This document shows, piece after piece, positions 1 to 9,565 of a stretch of 64,000 nucleotides of DNA (the stretch's first letter is position 1; each line of letters starts with the position of its first letter). A program made the translations under genes and the position numbers. This DNA is from Cenarchaeum sp. GTDB taxonomy: Archaea > Thermoproteota > Nitrososphaeria > Nitrososphaerales > Nitrosopumilaceae. The DNA is taken from NCBI GenBank assembly GCA_965212015.1, contig OZ243037.1, positions 640,001-704,000 on the forward strand. Reading direction: 5' to 3'. The notes beneath the pieces were generated by a model, which had not been told where the DNA came from, made no database searches, and saw nothing but the letters and a program-made list of their open reading frames with translations.

Positions 1-1
1 A

Positions 2-223
2 ACTAGAAATAAAAATCCACAATTGCCATTAAACAAAGAAGATGTAAGCTATTTAAAATCTGGTCTTAAATTAAATGAACATTATCTTCAAAAATATGAT
101 ACGTGGGTCATTAGCAATATCGAAAATCGAGAAGAAGATCTGCGCATACTGGCATCTAAAGTCTGGGATTTAACAAGCTATATAGACTCTGCAGAAAAAC
201 CAATTAATACGAGTGATAAATGA
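2..223 (+). CDS. 3' end of a hypothetical protein (open to window edge)
   Basis: Frame open from position 2 to TGA at 221-223; AT-rich like neighbours. Confidence 0.5.
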   Translation, partial: TRNKNPQLPLNKEDVSYLKSGLKLNEHYLQKYDTWVISNIENREEDLRILASKVWDLTSYIDSAEKPINTSDK

Positions 224-251
224 TATGATTACGAGGCTAAAAATAATTTAG

Positions 252-407
252 GATAGAATATCTCCCATATGTGTTGGCGCTATTTTAAAATCCCTCCGTA
301 ATAATGACTTTGATGCATACTCTGCTATTTATGTAGTCATTGATAATTCACTGCAAGCCAAATCAAAAGGGATCAAGATTAAATTTAAAATGGATATACT
401 TAGATGA
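252..407 (+). pseudogene. Truncated relic of a GHKL/MORC ATPase N-terminus (paralogue of 2109-3845, inverted)
   Basis: Translates RISPICVGAILKSLRNNDFDAYSAIYVVIDNSLQAKSKGIKIKFKMDILR*, aligning to KISPIRVGAAIKSLRNNDFDAYSAIYEVVDNSIQAESKEIRIKFEMDTLG; no start codon, in-frame TAG just upstream. Confidence 0.85.
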
Positions 408-482
408 ATTTATTCCGTGTACTGTATGTCATTTGTAATTTATTCCAAATATAATATTTTGAGCTAATATTTCTACTCAAAA

Positions 483-2108
483 TCAAGCAGATGATTTGTT
501 GTATTTCCATAGTTCGGCAAAATATTCATCAGCCAATTCTATTGATGGAAGCACATCTAATATTCGAATCAATCTAAATTGCTCTGTTCCACCCATACGT
601 GGACCGCGCATCCCACGTCCGATCATTTGTTGATGAAGCACGATTGATCTAGTCGGCCTAGCTATAAAGACGACATCGATATTAGGTGCATCAAAACCAA
701 CTGCAAAGACATTCACATTACAGATCACTTTGATTGTGCCATTTTTGAATTTTGATATCACATCTCGTCTATATTCAATTGGAGTATTACCGTCAACATG
801 TGCAGCATTACCACCCAGTGCTAAAATTATGGCACATATCAGTTTTGATTGTTTTATGTTTGGGGCAAAATATAGTATCTGTTTGTTCTCATTTATTAGC
901 TGTTTTAATCGTTCAACAATCATGACGTTTCGTTCATAATCCATTGCAATCTTGTCCAATAATTCCAATGGCAGATCATGATCCGCGGCAAATTTACGTC
1001 GCTGTTCCTGTGTTAGGATAAACTCTCTATTGGATTCAATAGTCTCTGGGTCACAGTATGCAAGATATCCCTTTGACTGAAGAAATGAGATATTGTCCAT
1101 ATCACCGGAATCAATCTCAATTATCTGATCATTGAAATATTCTCGTAGTTTTTCATTCTCTGGATTATTCATCCCTCTTACCGGCGTAGCTGTTAAACCA
1201 ACTATTCTTGTTCCCTTTTTTTCAAGCTGGCGTATGATGTTTTTATGCGTAGGCGCAATGATATTGTGAGCTTCATCTGCTACGACTAGTTCAGGTTGGG
1301 GAAAATTGTCTGTTCCTAGTAAATTATTCAGCTTTTGATATGTGGCAACTATGAATGCGTTGGGCTTAAAATCACTAACAGTGTTTTGACCCCACATGCG
1401 ATACACGTGCAATTCATCTTTTCCCAAATGCGACCAAATTTCTTGCATTGATGATATGGCCTGCTCACATAGTTCTTCTCGATCGGCAAGCCATACTGTC
1501 CGTCTCTTTTCATCATTTTCAATGCCATTGTTTAGAAAATTACTTACTATTTCTAAAGCTGTGCGTGTTTTTCCTGCACCTGTGGGCATTTTTATGATAA
1601 AACGTGTCCATTGATTCTCTACTGTACTCATTCCTTCATAGAAGATCTTACTTTGATATTCTTTGAGCATTCTCAGAGGTTTGATTGATGATATTGTAAA
1701 TTCAGCCGCATTATCTTGTGTCGGTTCCGGCAACATGCTGATGTCATATCCAAATTCCTCGATGAATGCACGTGTCTCATCATTATGTCCCCAGGTTAGT
1801 TTTGAAGCCTTTTCAATCAGAGTTGCATATTCCTTATCATTCTGAAATGATCCGATGCCGATCCTATTGAAAAATCTAAGGCATGTTTTTCTATCTGCAT
1901 ATTTGAGAAGTTGTGCACGAAATGTTGATTGTTTGTATGAGGATATGTTAAGTGCATGATGAAGCTTTCCCATGATTTCTTTTGTTTCAATATTAAAATC
2001 TTGATCAGGTGCAATTTTATCTAGAATTAAGTTTATAGGATCCCAATATTCTCTCAAAGAGGTTTCTAATTCACTGCGTGGGAGCTTTTCATTAAGCACT
2101 AGCTTCAC
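483..2108 (-). CDS. Superfamily II DEAD/DEAH-box helicase (ResIII-like + Helicase_C)
   Basis: MPTGAGKT Walker A, DEAH, GLTATP, GFDAP, QMIGRGMR motifs. Confidence 0.9.
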   Translation of the reverse strand: MKLVLNEKLPRSELETSLREYWDPINLILDKIAPDQDFNIETKEIMGKLHHALNISSYKQSTFRAQLLKYADRKTCLRFFNRIGIGSFQNDKEYATLIEKASKLTWGHNDETRAFIEEFGYDISMLPEPTQDNAAEFTISSIKPLRMLKEYQSKIFYEGMSTVENQWTRFIIKMPTGAGKTRTALEIVSNFLNNGIENDEKRRTVWLADREELCEQAISSMQEIWSHLGKDELHVYRMWGQNTVSDFKPNAFIVATYQKLNNLLGTDNFPQPELVVADEAHNIIAPTHKNIIRQLEKKGTRIVGLTATPVRGMNNPENEKLREYFNDQIIEIDSGDMDNISFLQSKGYLAYCDPETIESNREFILTQEQRRKFAADHDLPLELLDKIAMDYERNVMIVERLKQLINENKQILYFAPNIKQSKLICAIILALGGNAAHVDGNTPIEYRRDVISKFKNGTIKVICNVNVFAVGFDAPNIDVVFIARPTRSIVLHQQMIGRGMRGPRMGGTEQFRLIRILDVLPSIELADEYFAELWKYNKSSA

Positions 2109-3845
2109 CTAAACTTTGTATGATTTTCTTAGGTGATGACTCCATTTTAGCATGTGTTCTTCTACCGTATCTTTAACGGATTGCATCCTAGTCAGATCAT
2201 CTAGATCATATTGTCCTTCAGCATATGCATAAAGAAGCCTGTCAATATCAGCCCTTAATGCCTTGCTTGCCTTTTGTAGATCTGATTTTTGCGGATCTAT
2301 AGCCATAGATTCAATTTCAGAGATTCGACGATTGATTTCTACAAAAAATGGGTGTTGCATGTTATAATGAATTACCTTCTTGCCTACATCATCAAGTACA
2401 TCGATAAATGTACCATCGGAACGTGCTTTGTAATCATGAATTATTTTATAGACTATGCTGGGATCCGTTACAGCCTTGACATAATCTGCCTGTTCATCTG
2501 GATTATCGGATATGTCTTTTGATCTATTTTCTATATTCTCTTTTATGTGGTCTTTGGTATCGGTCGATTGCATCGGTGCAGTTATTGGTGTCAATGTCTC
2601 TTCTACAGTTTTATGGCTGTTTATGGGGCCTTTATTTTCTTCATTTTCTTTTTGTTCCTCCGCATCTGCAGCTTCTTTTATTGTTTTCCTAAAATTATTA
2701 AGTATAGTTGGATTGAGTTTTTTTTCTAATATGTCCCTAAGATCTTTAAGCGGTCTAGCACCAACTTTAATATTTTTTACTGAAAACCAATAATCTAAAA
2801 CAGAATCAAAATCAATCTCACATCCCCAAAATCGATCTAGAGGTTTTGCTACAGGTGAGAATCTTGGTATTGGTCCATAATATACTTCGCGTCCATTTCT
2901 CAATATGGAAAATCCTTCGTTATATGGAATTCGTCTTTCTGCACTATGCTTGCTAGTTCCACCATATCCTGGTATGCCGGCATTATCTTTCTTTAACCTC
3001 CAAGATTCTGGCAGTATCGATGTTCTGATTATGATTTTACCTTTTCGCTCACCGCTATTGGGTCTGTCTACATCATGTACGTTATGCTCAAATGAATGTT
3101 CTGGTTGAAGTACTGCTCTTTCATCATCTGGAAATTTAGAGTTTTTTGTAACATATAGAGGATCATGAGAAGCAATTAATTCATTGTTGGAATTATCGGC
3201 CACAAATATTTTTCGTTGATTGTTATTTTTCTTGATCTTGCCGTTTTCTATAATTTCCTCACCTATGAATTTACGATAAATCCTACCAAGGTGATGTTTA
3301 ATCTCCTCAACTTTGAATTCTGAATCAATTCTGTCTATATTGGTCCAAATTACTAGTGTGCCATGATCTCCTACAAGATCTTTGTATTTTGCAGGTAAAT
3401 CTCTTTGTTCGATAGGGCTTAAAGAGGGCTCTACATCATTGTCAATTCCACTGATATCTAAAAGCGTATAATTCCAATTTCCTTGTTTTGCTCTAGAATA
3501 TACTTCAATTTTATTACATACATTGATTGCACCCATAGTCATTCCTACCCCAAATCGTCCTATACCTTTTCGATCATCATATCTGTTTGAATAACCAATG
3601 GCCAAACAGTGCTGAAGTGTCTTAGAGTCCATTCCATGACCATCATCACCAAATGCTATGGCAATTGGACGAGGCACACGTTGGCTCCCCAACGTGTCCA
3701 TTTCAAATTTAATCCTGATCTCTTTTGATTCTGCCTGAATGGAATTATCAACTACCTCATAGATTGCAGAATATGCATCAAAATCGTTGTTACGTAGTGA
3801 TTTTATAGCTGCGCCGACCCGTATAGGGGATATTTTTGTAGACAT
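2109..3845 (-). CDS. GHKL/MORC-like (HATPase_c_3) ATPase
   Basis: EVVDNSIQA, DDGHGM, GRFGVGM, HGTLV Bergerat-fold motifs; S5-like GFSILRNGR; abuts helicase. Confidence 0.88.
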   Translation of the reverse strand: MSTKISPIRVGAAIKSLRNNDFDAYSAIYEVVDNSIQAESKEIRIKFEMDTLGSQRVPRPIAIAFGDDGHGMDSKTLQHCLAIGYSNRYDDRKGIGRFGVGMTMGAINVCNKIEVYSRAKQGNWNYTLLDISGIDNDVEPSLSPIEQRDLPAKYKDLVGDHGTLVIWTNIDRIDSEFKVEEIKHHLGRIYRKFIGEEIIENGKIKKNNNQRKIFVADNSNNELIASHDPLYVTKNSKFPDDERAVLQPEHSFEHNVHDVDRPNSGERKGKIIIRTSILPESWRLKKDNAGIPGYGGTSKHSAERRIPYNEGFSILRNGREVYYGPIPRFSPVAKPLDRFWGCEIDFDSVLDYWFSVKNIKVGARPLKDLRDILEKKLNPTILNNFRKTIKEAADAEEQKENEENKGPINSHKTVEETLTPITAPMQSTDTKDHIKENIENRSKDISDNPDEQADYVKAVTDPSIVYKIIHDYKARSDGTFIDVLDDVGKKVIHYNMQHPFFVEINRRISEIESMAIDPQKSDLQKASKALRADIDRLLYAYAEGQYDLDDLTRMQSVKDTVEEHMLKWSHHLRKSYKV

Positions 3846-3936
3846 TTCTATACAGGGGTAATTATATGCTCTTTTTAATCTATTGGCATATCAGGGCTTG
3901 TATTCATGTACAGTCTTCTTGGGAATCTGAGATCTA

Positions 3937-4902
3937 TCAAGTTTTTCTAATTCTCTGGGATCTGGCGCCAGGCACATCTATCCTGTATCTGCCATTTCCC
4001 AGCTTTTCGAACCATTCCAGTAAAACCTGGACGTTTCCAGTCAGCTCCCTCCTACTCGGCACCGGCACGTCCGTACAGTTGTCCTGAATCCATTCCTTGA
4101 TTCTCCCAAAATATGCCTCTGGAGCGATAAACTCGTCAATCTTCCGGATAAATGAATGCTCGAAAAATTGTGTGGATAATTCCTGCAAAAACTCTTCTTT
4201 TGAAAGCCCGCTGCCAATGTCATAGTTTGCCAGATCATGAAATACACATGCTGCAATCTCGGGATCATCAGATGGTAACTGATCCGCAGCAATTCTTTGA
4301 TATCCGGTTACCAGATCATCCACGCTGCGAGTCATCGGCAGTGCAGATATCAGAAAATCATCCTTTTTTGGCGCTGATATGATGTCCTTTAGTTTGACCT
4401 GCTCTGGCAATTCAACCTTGTTGTTCTCGCTCCATTTTTTGAGCTCTTCATACATTGCATCATCGGCCAATCTTGCCTCACGCCGAATTTTTTCAAAGAA
4501 CAATCTGTCCTTGTTAGTCAGATTTTCAATCAGAGTTGCAGCCTCATAGTTGCCATCCGGTAGCAATCCCCTGTGCGAGATGTTTCCTGTGGCAAGAATT
4601 GCGCTGGAAAGATCAACAGAATACACCTTGAGATGCATGTTTTCGCTGATGTATAACGCAATGTTTCTTTCCTTGCAGAATGGATACAAGGATAATTCTG
4701 ATGATCTAAACTGGATATCTTTTGGCTCCCAGGTGGTGACAATCACCACTTTGTTTTCTATTCCATCCAAAAGCTGCATCAGCACCTTGGTCTTGACATA
4801 TGGAACAAAAAGAAATATCGTCTCATCTGGGTCACACTGTTTTAGATATTCCCTGATATGCTCATACAGTGGGCTGTGATAAAGATCGGTCAAATCATAC
4901 AC
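3937..4902 (-). CDS. Phospholipase D-family (HKD) nuclease domain protein
   Basis: FVPY and HLKVY...ATGNISHRGL...NYEA motif typical of PLD-like nucleases. Confidence 0.75.
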   Translation of the reverse strand: MYDLTDLYHSPLYEHIREYLKQCDPDETIFLFVPYVKTKVLMQLLDGIENKVVIVTTWEPKDIQFRSSELSLYPFCKERNIALYISENMHLKVYSVDLSSAILATGNISHRGLLPDGNYEAATLIENLTNKDRLFFEKIRREARLADDAMYEELKKWSENNKVELPEQVKLKDIISAPKKDDFLISALPMTRSVDDLVTGYQRIAADQLPSDDPEIAACVFHDLANYDIGSGLSKEEFLQELSTQFFEHSFIRKIDEFIAPEAYFGRIKEWIQDNCTDVPVPSRRELTGNVQVLLEWFEKLGNGRYRIDVPGARSQRIRKT

Positions 4903-4903
4903 C

Positions 4904-5677
4904 TCATTTGTAATCCGGAAATCGGTCTTTTATGTATCTGACTTGATCTTTCACGTCTAGCTTTTCCGCCCTTGGGGACGGGCCCCTCACAAAGAATGTC
5001 TTTTCTTTTCCGCAAAGCCATAGGGGACTATTTGCAGGCAATACCTGTATTATGCAGACGGTCTTGTTATCAATAACCCGAAATTTCATCTCTAGTCTGC
5101 TAGTGACAAACACGCGATCCTCCAGTAGATTTTCCAATCTGTCCCTCATGTGATTTGCAAATGAATCCTCATAGTCGGAAAACCCGCCGAATTTTTTATC
5201 CCTGTCCAGACCCACAACAGTACCATTTGACTTGATACCAAGATACACAAATCCTCCCTTTTTGTCGTTCCCAAAAGAGCATATCGCTGTGGCAAATCTC
5301 TCCTGTACGGATTTTTTTATGCCATCTATTGCTTGTTTGCTCTCTGGGGCCTGTTTTTCCAATAATTTCCCTATACTTTCATCATACTGGTAAAATTCCT
5401 TGAATTCATTTTGCTTGTCTTCAGTATCCGGTATCTCTATTTTGCCTAGATCGACAAATCTCGGAGCAGCCGTTGCTTTCTGTACCTTGATGTTTTTGAC
5501 ACGTCCCACCTGCCCGTCCTCCAGCCTGACCTTGATTCCGTGTGGGTGGGTCTCGCTGGAGGTCAGAATCTCGGCCACCACACCGTCAGTCAGTCTGCCC
5601 GTCCCTTGGTTCTCCTTGGTCTCAATCGAGACCACACATCCGCCTTTGATCTGGTTTCTGATCGGAGTCTCCGGCAT
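4904..5677 (-). CDS. YwbE (DUF2196) - Schlafen/AlbA_2 fusion protein
   Basis: N-term TGRLTDGVVAEILT...HPHGIKVRLEDGQVGRV (YwbE); C-term EDKQNEFKE...ICSFGN..GGFVYLGI (AlbA_2). Confidence 0.8.
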   Translation of the reverse strand: MPETPIRNQIKGGCVVSIETKENQGTGRLTDGVVAEILTSSETHPHGIKVRLEDGQVGRVKNIKVQKATAAPRFVDLGKIEIPDTEDKQNEFKEFYQYDESIGKLLEKQAPESKQAIDGIKKSVQERFATAICSFGNDKKGGFVYLGIKSNGTVVGLDRDKKFGGFSDYEDSFANHMRDRLENLLEDRVFVTSRLEMKFRVIDNKTVCIIQVLPANSPLWLCGKEKTFFVRGPSPRAEKLDVKDQVRYIKDRFPDYK

Positions 5678-5713
5678 GGGTGTTACTTGGAGGCGTCACA
5701 ATTTAAGCCTGAT

Positions 5714-6157
5714 CTAGTCCGAATCCACCGGGATCTTCCTAAAGTCCAGCATCCCGAACCACTCTAGCTCATCAAAGAACATCCTGATTACGTCCATGAT
5801 CTTTCTTGTACTAGTCAAGGCGTACCAGGGACACCTATCCTCCTTTCTCTTGGCTATTACGGGGACCTCCGCCAGCCACACGTCCTCCTTTATCCGGGTG
5901 ATGTGTATTGCGTCCACCATGCGCGAGTTGCTAAACCCGATTGATTCCCTGTGCTCCCAGAGAAGTTTTTCCGTCTCCCGTAAAGCCTTCTCCCGGTCTA
6001 TGGTGACCATGTCCTTGTTCCCTATGGTCTCAAATTTGCCGTACTTCCAGTATATGATCTTTCTTGGAACGATATTCGCGGTACGGGTCATTATCCTGTA
6101 GAGATCCTCGTGGGGGTGTATGCTGGAGGTGGTAAGGGATCTCTCGGGCTTGTCCAT
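5714..6157 (-). CDS. Hypothetical protein
   Basis: 147 aa ATG ORF, TTTAAA upstream, collinear with downstream genes. Confidence 0.6.
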   Translation of the reverse strand: MDKPERSLTTSSIHPHEDLYRIMTRTANIVPRKIIYWKYGKFETIGNKDMVTIDREKALRETEKLLWEHRESIGFSNSRMVDAIHITRIKEDVWLAEVPVIAKRKEDRCPWYALTSTRKIMDVIRMFFDELEWFGMLDFRKIPVDSD

Positions 6158-6245
6158 GTACTGTTATTGTGTACAGTGTTTTAAAAATCGTTTGCCCGAA
6201 TATGGGGATCAGATCGCTTATTAGATTCCAAATACACCCAAATGT

Positions 6246-6725
6246 GTGAAAATCTCCTTCAGGGTGTGCGGCAAGCCTCCGAAAAAATCAAGCGGGGGCT
6301 CGATTTGGACCGGCGAGTCAAGATCCGAACAGGTCCTAGATCTGCGCAGATCCGCGGCAGGTGAAAAAAAGAGGATAAACATGGAGTATCCTATGAGGGG
6401 CCCGCTAAGGATCAAACTGACAATACACTCCTCACAGGACATCACGAAAAAGGAGGATACCCACAATTACATCGGGGATCTGGACTCGCTTGTGGCCGGG
6501 GTGTGCGATGCCCTGAGGAAGGCAGATGAGAACGTCACGCCTCACGTGCGGTTCAACCAATACAAGGAAGTCGACCCGAAAAAACCCCTCATAATCGAGG
6601 ACGACTCGAACATAACTGCAATCGAGGCCAGCAAGATCAAGGACACCGAGGAATACTATACGGTGACAGTTGAGGAGATCCGGAATTCTAGCATGTGCGG
6701 ATTCCTGAAAAAAATCCGGGGCTGA
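6246..6725 (+). CDS. RusA-like Holliday junction resolvase/endonuclease
   Basis: G-x-P-x-x-K N-terminus, GDLDSLVAGVCDAL and IIEDDSNI acidic motifs characteristic of RusA. Confidence 0.65.
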   Translation: MKISFRVCGKPPKKSSGGSIWTGESRSEQVLDLRRSAAGEKKRINMEYPMRGPLRIKLTIHSSQDITKKEDTHNYIGDLDSLVAGVCDALRKADENVTPHVRFNQYKEVDPKKPLIIEDDSNITAIEASKIKDTEEYYTVTVEEIRNSSMCGFLKKIRG

Positions 6726-6825
6726 CTGGCAGATCATGGTTTCGCCCGATCGATTCATACCTGAACGGCACGCCGTGTGTGAAAACTCCATAACCCATAA
6801 TAATTCCTGAACCGGATGTAACATA

Positions 6826-7149
6826 TTGGTAAAATCCAAGGAATCGATCAAGGAACGATACCGAAAATACCAGAGGGAATATCATAGGAAATATTATCAA
6901 AAGCCGGAGACAAAGGAATGGGTTAGAGAATACAACCAGAGGCCGGAGGTAAAGGAAAGGCTCAGGAAATACAACCAAAGGCCGGAGGTAAAGGAAAAGC
7001 TCAGGAAATACAACCAGAGATCGGAGGTAAAGGAGCGGATCCGAAAATACCATCAGAGGCCGGAGGTAAAGGCGCGTAAAAGATATTTGGCAAAGATGAG
7101 GAGGATCCGTGGGAAATCCAAGACAAAGACCCGTAGAAAATCATACTGA
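6826..7149 (+). CDS. Highly basic repeat protein (YNQRPEVKERLRK 13-aa repeats)
   Basis: TTG start; tandem 39-bp coding repeats; paralogue immediately downstream. Confidence 0.65.
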   Translation: MVKSKESIKERYRKYQREYHRKYYQKPETKEWVREYNQRPEVKERLRKYNQRPEVKEKLRKYNQRSEVKERIRKYHQRPEVKARKRYLAKMRRIRGKSKTKTRRKSY

Positions 7150-7229
7150 CAGAGCAATATGATCAAATCAACGCCCACCTTTCCACGCTCAAAGAAACTC
7201 ATAATAATTCCCAAACAAGACATCACACA

Positions 7230-7763
7230 TTGGCAAAATCCAGGGAATCGGCCAAAAAAAGACTGGAAAGGCTAAGGCGCCAGAGGGAGTATGCCCAGAG
7301 GCCAGAAGTGAAGAAAAGGCTCAGGAAATACCGCCAGAGGCCGGAGGTAAAGAAGCGGATCCAGAAATACCAGAAGGAATACAGCCAGAGGCCGGATGCG
7401 AAAAAGCGGAATCGGGAACGACAGAAAAAATATAGCAAGAGGCCCGAGGTGAAAAAGCGACACGCTGAAAACAGCCTGAAATACAGTCGAAGGCCGGAGG
7501 TAAAGAAGCGGGTCAGGAAACGCAATCAGAGGCCGGAGGTAAAGAAGAGGGTCAGGAAATACCACCAGAGGCCGGAGATGAAGAAACGTAAGGGAGAATA
7601 CATGAAGAAATACAACCAGAGGCCGGAGGTGAGGAAACGCAAAAGGAGATACGCCCAGAGGCTGGAGGTGAAGGAACGTAAGAGAGAATACCAGAAAAAA
7701 TATTATCAAAGGCCGGAGGTAAAGGCGCGTAGAAGACACTCAGCAAAGACCCGTGGGAAATAA
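7230..7763 (+). CDS. Highly basic repeat protein (about 10 RPEVK-type repeats)
   Basis: Paralogue of 6826-7149 with similar start, end and upstream CATAATAATTCC motif. Confidence 0.65.
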   Translation: MAKSRESAKKRLERLRRQREYAQRPEVKKRLRKYRQRPEVKKRIQKYQKEYSQRPDAKKRNRERQKKYSKRPEVKKRHAENSLKYSRRPEVKKRVRKRNQRPEVKKRVRKYHQRPEMKKRKGEYMKKYNQRPEVRKRKRRYAQRLEVKERKREYQKKYYQRPEVKARRRHSAKTRGK

Positions 7764-7773
7764 CTAGTCCGAT

Positions 7774-7920
7774 GATGGTCCTTGGGTAGTCGGGCTGGCC
7801 TGCCAGCCCGACGGTGTGGTGGTACGGGGCTCCCGTCAGGGAGCCCGGGGAAAAGACGTTGATGGAGCCGAGTGAGAGTTCGTTGTCGGGGGATTGTGAG
7901 GTAACTGCGAGCTGAAAATC
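7774..7920. repeat. Conserved hairpin-rich element, copy 1 of 5
   Basis: GTCGGGCTGG-cctg-CCAGCCCGAC stem (7789-7812), GGGCTCCC-gtca-GGGAGCCC stem (7827-7846), TGTGAGGTAACTGCGAG at 7895. Confidence 0.9.
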
Positions 7921-7937
7921 TGTTCGGAGAGTTTGAA

Positions 7938-8122
7938 AAAGGTGCAAAAGGGGTCAGTTAGTGACGCAAAATAAGTCACCGGAAAAGGAGTCAAAGGTGC
8001 AAAAGGGGTCAGTTAGTGACGGAAAATAAGTCACCGGAAAAGAAGTCAAAGGCGCTTTAGGGGTCGGAGAATTAGGGGTCGAAAGCGCCTTAGGGGTCGA
8101 CGATAGGCGCTTTAGGGGTCGG
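7938..8122. repeat. Iteron-like array 1 (55-bp period x2, then TTAGGGGTCG x4)
   Basis: GGTGCAAAAGGGGTC at 7941 and 7996; GTC motif spacing 22/33 bp. Confidence 0.85.
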
Positions 8123-8283
8123 ACATCGGTGGGGCTTGAACAGTTTTGATTTTTGTAATTGGATATCGTGTTGGTGATATGGAAAACCCAAGTGAACCTG
8201 ACTCCGCCTGACACAGGACTGTGATTGCCAAAGTAATACAGGCCGTATGATTCGAGGTCGGTCCGAGCCTACCCATCCTGTCA

Positions 8284-8443
8284 GGCCGGGACTCTGATTT
8301 GGGCGGTCGGGCCGGCTCACGGCCCGACGGTGTGATGGTACAAGGCTCCCAACGGGAGCCTTGGGAGATGACCTTGAAGGCCAGGATGAGGTCGTCATTG
8401 GAGGGTTTGTGAGGTAATGCAAGTCGAAAATCCGCGCGCGGGG
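8284..8443. repeat. Conserved hairpin-rich element, copy 2 (most diverged)
   Basis: GTCGGGCCG-gctca-CGGCCCGAC, GGCTCCC-aac-GGGAGCC, TGTGAGGTAA at 8408. Confidence 0.85.
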
Positions 8444-8459
8444 CGGAATCCCACGATGA

Positions 8460-8621
8460 AAATACATGGTTTCCATGGTTTTTTTACATGGATTCCATGT
8501 TCTGGAAAACAGGCAAAACATGGTTTCCGTGGCTTTTTTACATGGATTCCATGTTCTGGAAAACCTGTAAAACATGGTTTCCATGTTTTAAAAAACAGGC
8601 AAAACATGGATTACATGGTTT
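8460..8621. repeat. Iteron-like array 2 (palindromic ACATGGWTTCCATG units)
   Basis: Units at 8465, 8487, 8519, 8541, 8573, 8605 (spacing 22,32,22,32,32). Confidence 0.9.
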
Positions 8622-8786
8622 GACGCGGGTCTGAATGATTCCGGCCTCTACATGAATGACAAAAGACGTTAGGAAACAAGCCTCTGCCACTCGTTTATCC
8701 TGACCGTTTCCTGAATAGCTAGATTACATCTGGGGGCTAGGATGATCCTGATACCGTTGGCCAGTGCCAGCCTTGGTGTGTGGTTT

Positions 8787-8975
8787 GGGCCGGGACTCCG
8801 GCCCGGGATGATACTGGGCAAGAGGGCCGGCTCTGCCGGCCCGACGGTGTGGTGGAACGGGGCCTCCCGTCAGGGAGCCCCGGGAAAAAGACATTGAGAT
8901 TACTGAATCGTGGTTCGTCGTTGGGGGGTTTGTGAGGTAACTGCGAGTTGGAAATCCGCGCACGAGGCTTGAAAA
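8787..8975. repeat. Conserved hairpin-rich element, copy 3
   Basis: GGGCCGG-gact-CCGGCCC, GGGCCGGC-tct-GCCGGCCC, CTCCC-gtca-GGGAG, TGTGAGGTAACTGCGAG at 8931. Confidence 0.9.
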
Positions 8976-8977
8976 AT

Positions 8978-9135
8978 GGCACTTTTGCAGTCAAAAAAAT
9001 GTAGGCAAAAGCATTTTTGCAGTCAATTTTTGGCACTTTTGCAGTCAGTAAAAAGATGCCAAAAGCATTTTTGCAGTCAAAAAAATGCAGTCAAAAGCAC
9101 TTTTGCGGTCGAAAAACGACCCTTTTGCGGTCGAA
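8978..9135. repeat. Iteron-like array 3 (TTTTGCRGTC units)
   Basis: GCRGTC at 8987, 9019, 9041, 9073, 9105, 9127 (32,22,32,32,22), plus one off-lattice copy at 9087. Confidence 0.9.
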
Positions 9136-9233
9136 ATGGATCCGGATGACAGGACGGCTCAAAAGCCAGAGCAGATAACAGAGTCGACCTGCCATCAAGA
9201 TTGAGAGACTCCCCTTGGTGATGTGGGACCTGC

Positions 9234-9551
9234 GGGCCTTGGTGACCTGTACGGGCCTTGGTGACCTGTACGAGTGTGTACGGGCCTTGGTGACCTGTAC
9301 GAGTGTGTACGGGCCTTGGTGACCTGTACGGGCCTTGGTGACCTGTACGAGTGTGTACGGGCCTTGGTGACCTGTACGAGTGTGTACGGGCCTTGGTGAC
9401 CTGTACGAGTGTGTACGGGCCTTGGTGACCTGTACGAGTGTGTACGGGCCTTGGTGACCTGTACGAGTGTGTACGGGCCTTGGTGACCTGTACGAGTGTG
9501 TACGGGCCTTGGTGACCTGTACGAGTGTGTACGGGCCTTGGTGACCTGTAC
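9234..9551. repeat. Perfect tandem repeat: 29-bp unit GGGCCTTGGTGACCTGTACGAGTGTGTAC x9 plus three 19-bp truncated units
   Basis: Counted directly; units identical, no unique spacers. Confidence 0.95.
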
Positions 9552-9565
9552 GGACTCGTATCCTG

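Noticed and set aside
9234-9551. CRISPR array
   Set aside because: Inter-repeat sequence is identical or absent (no unique spacers); no cas genes in the window
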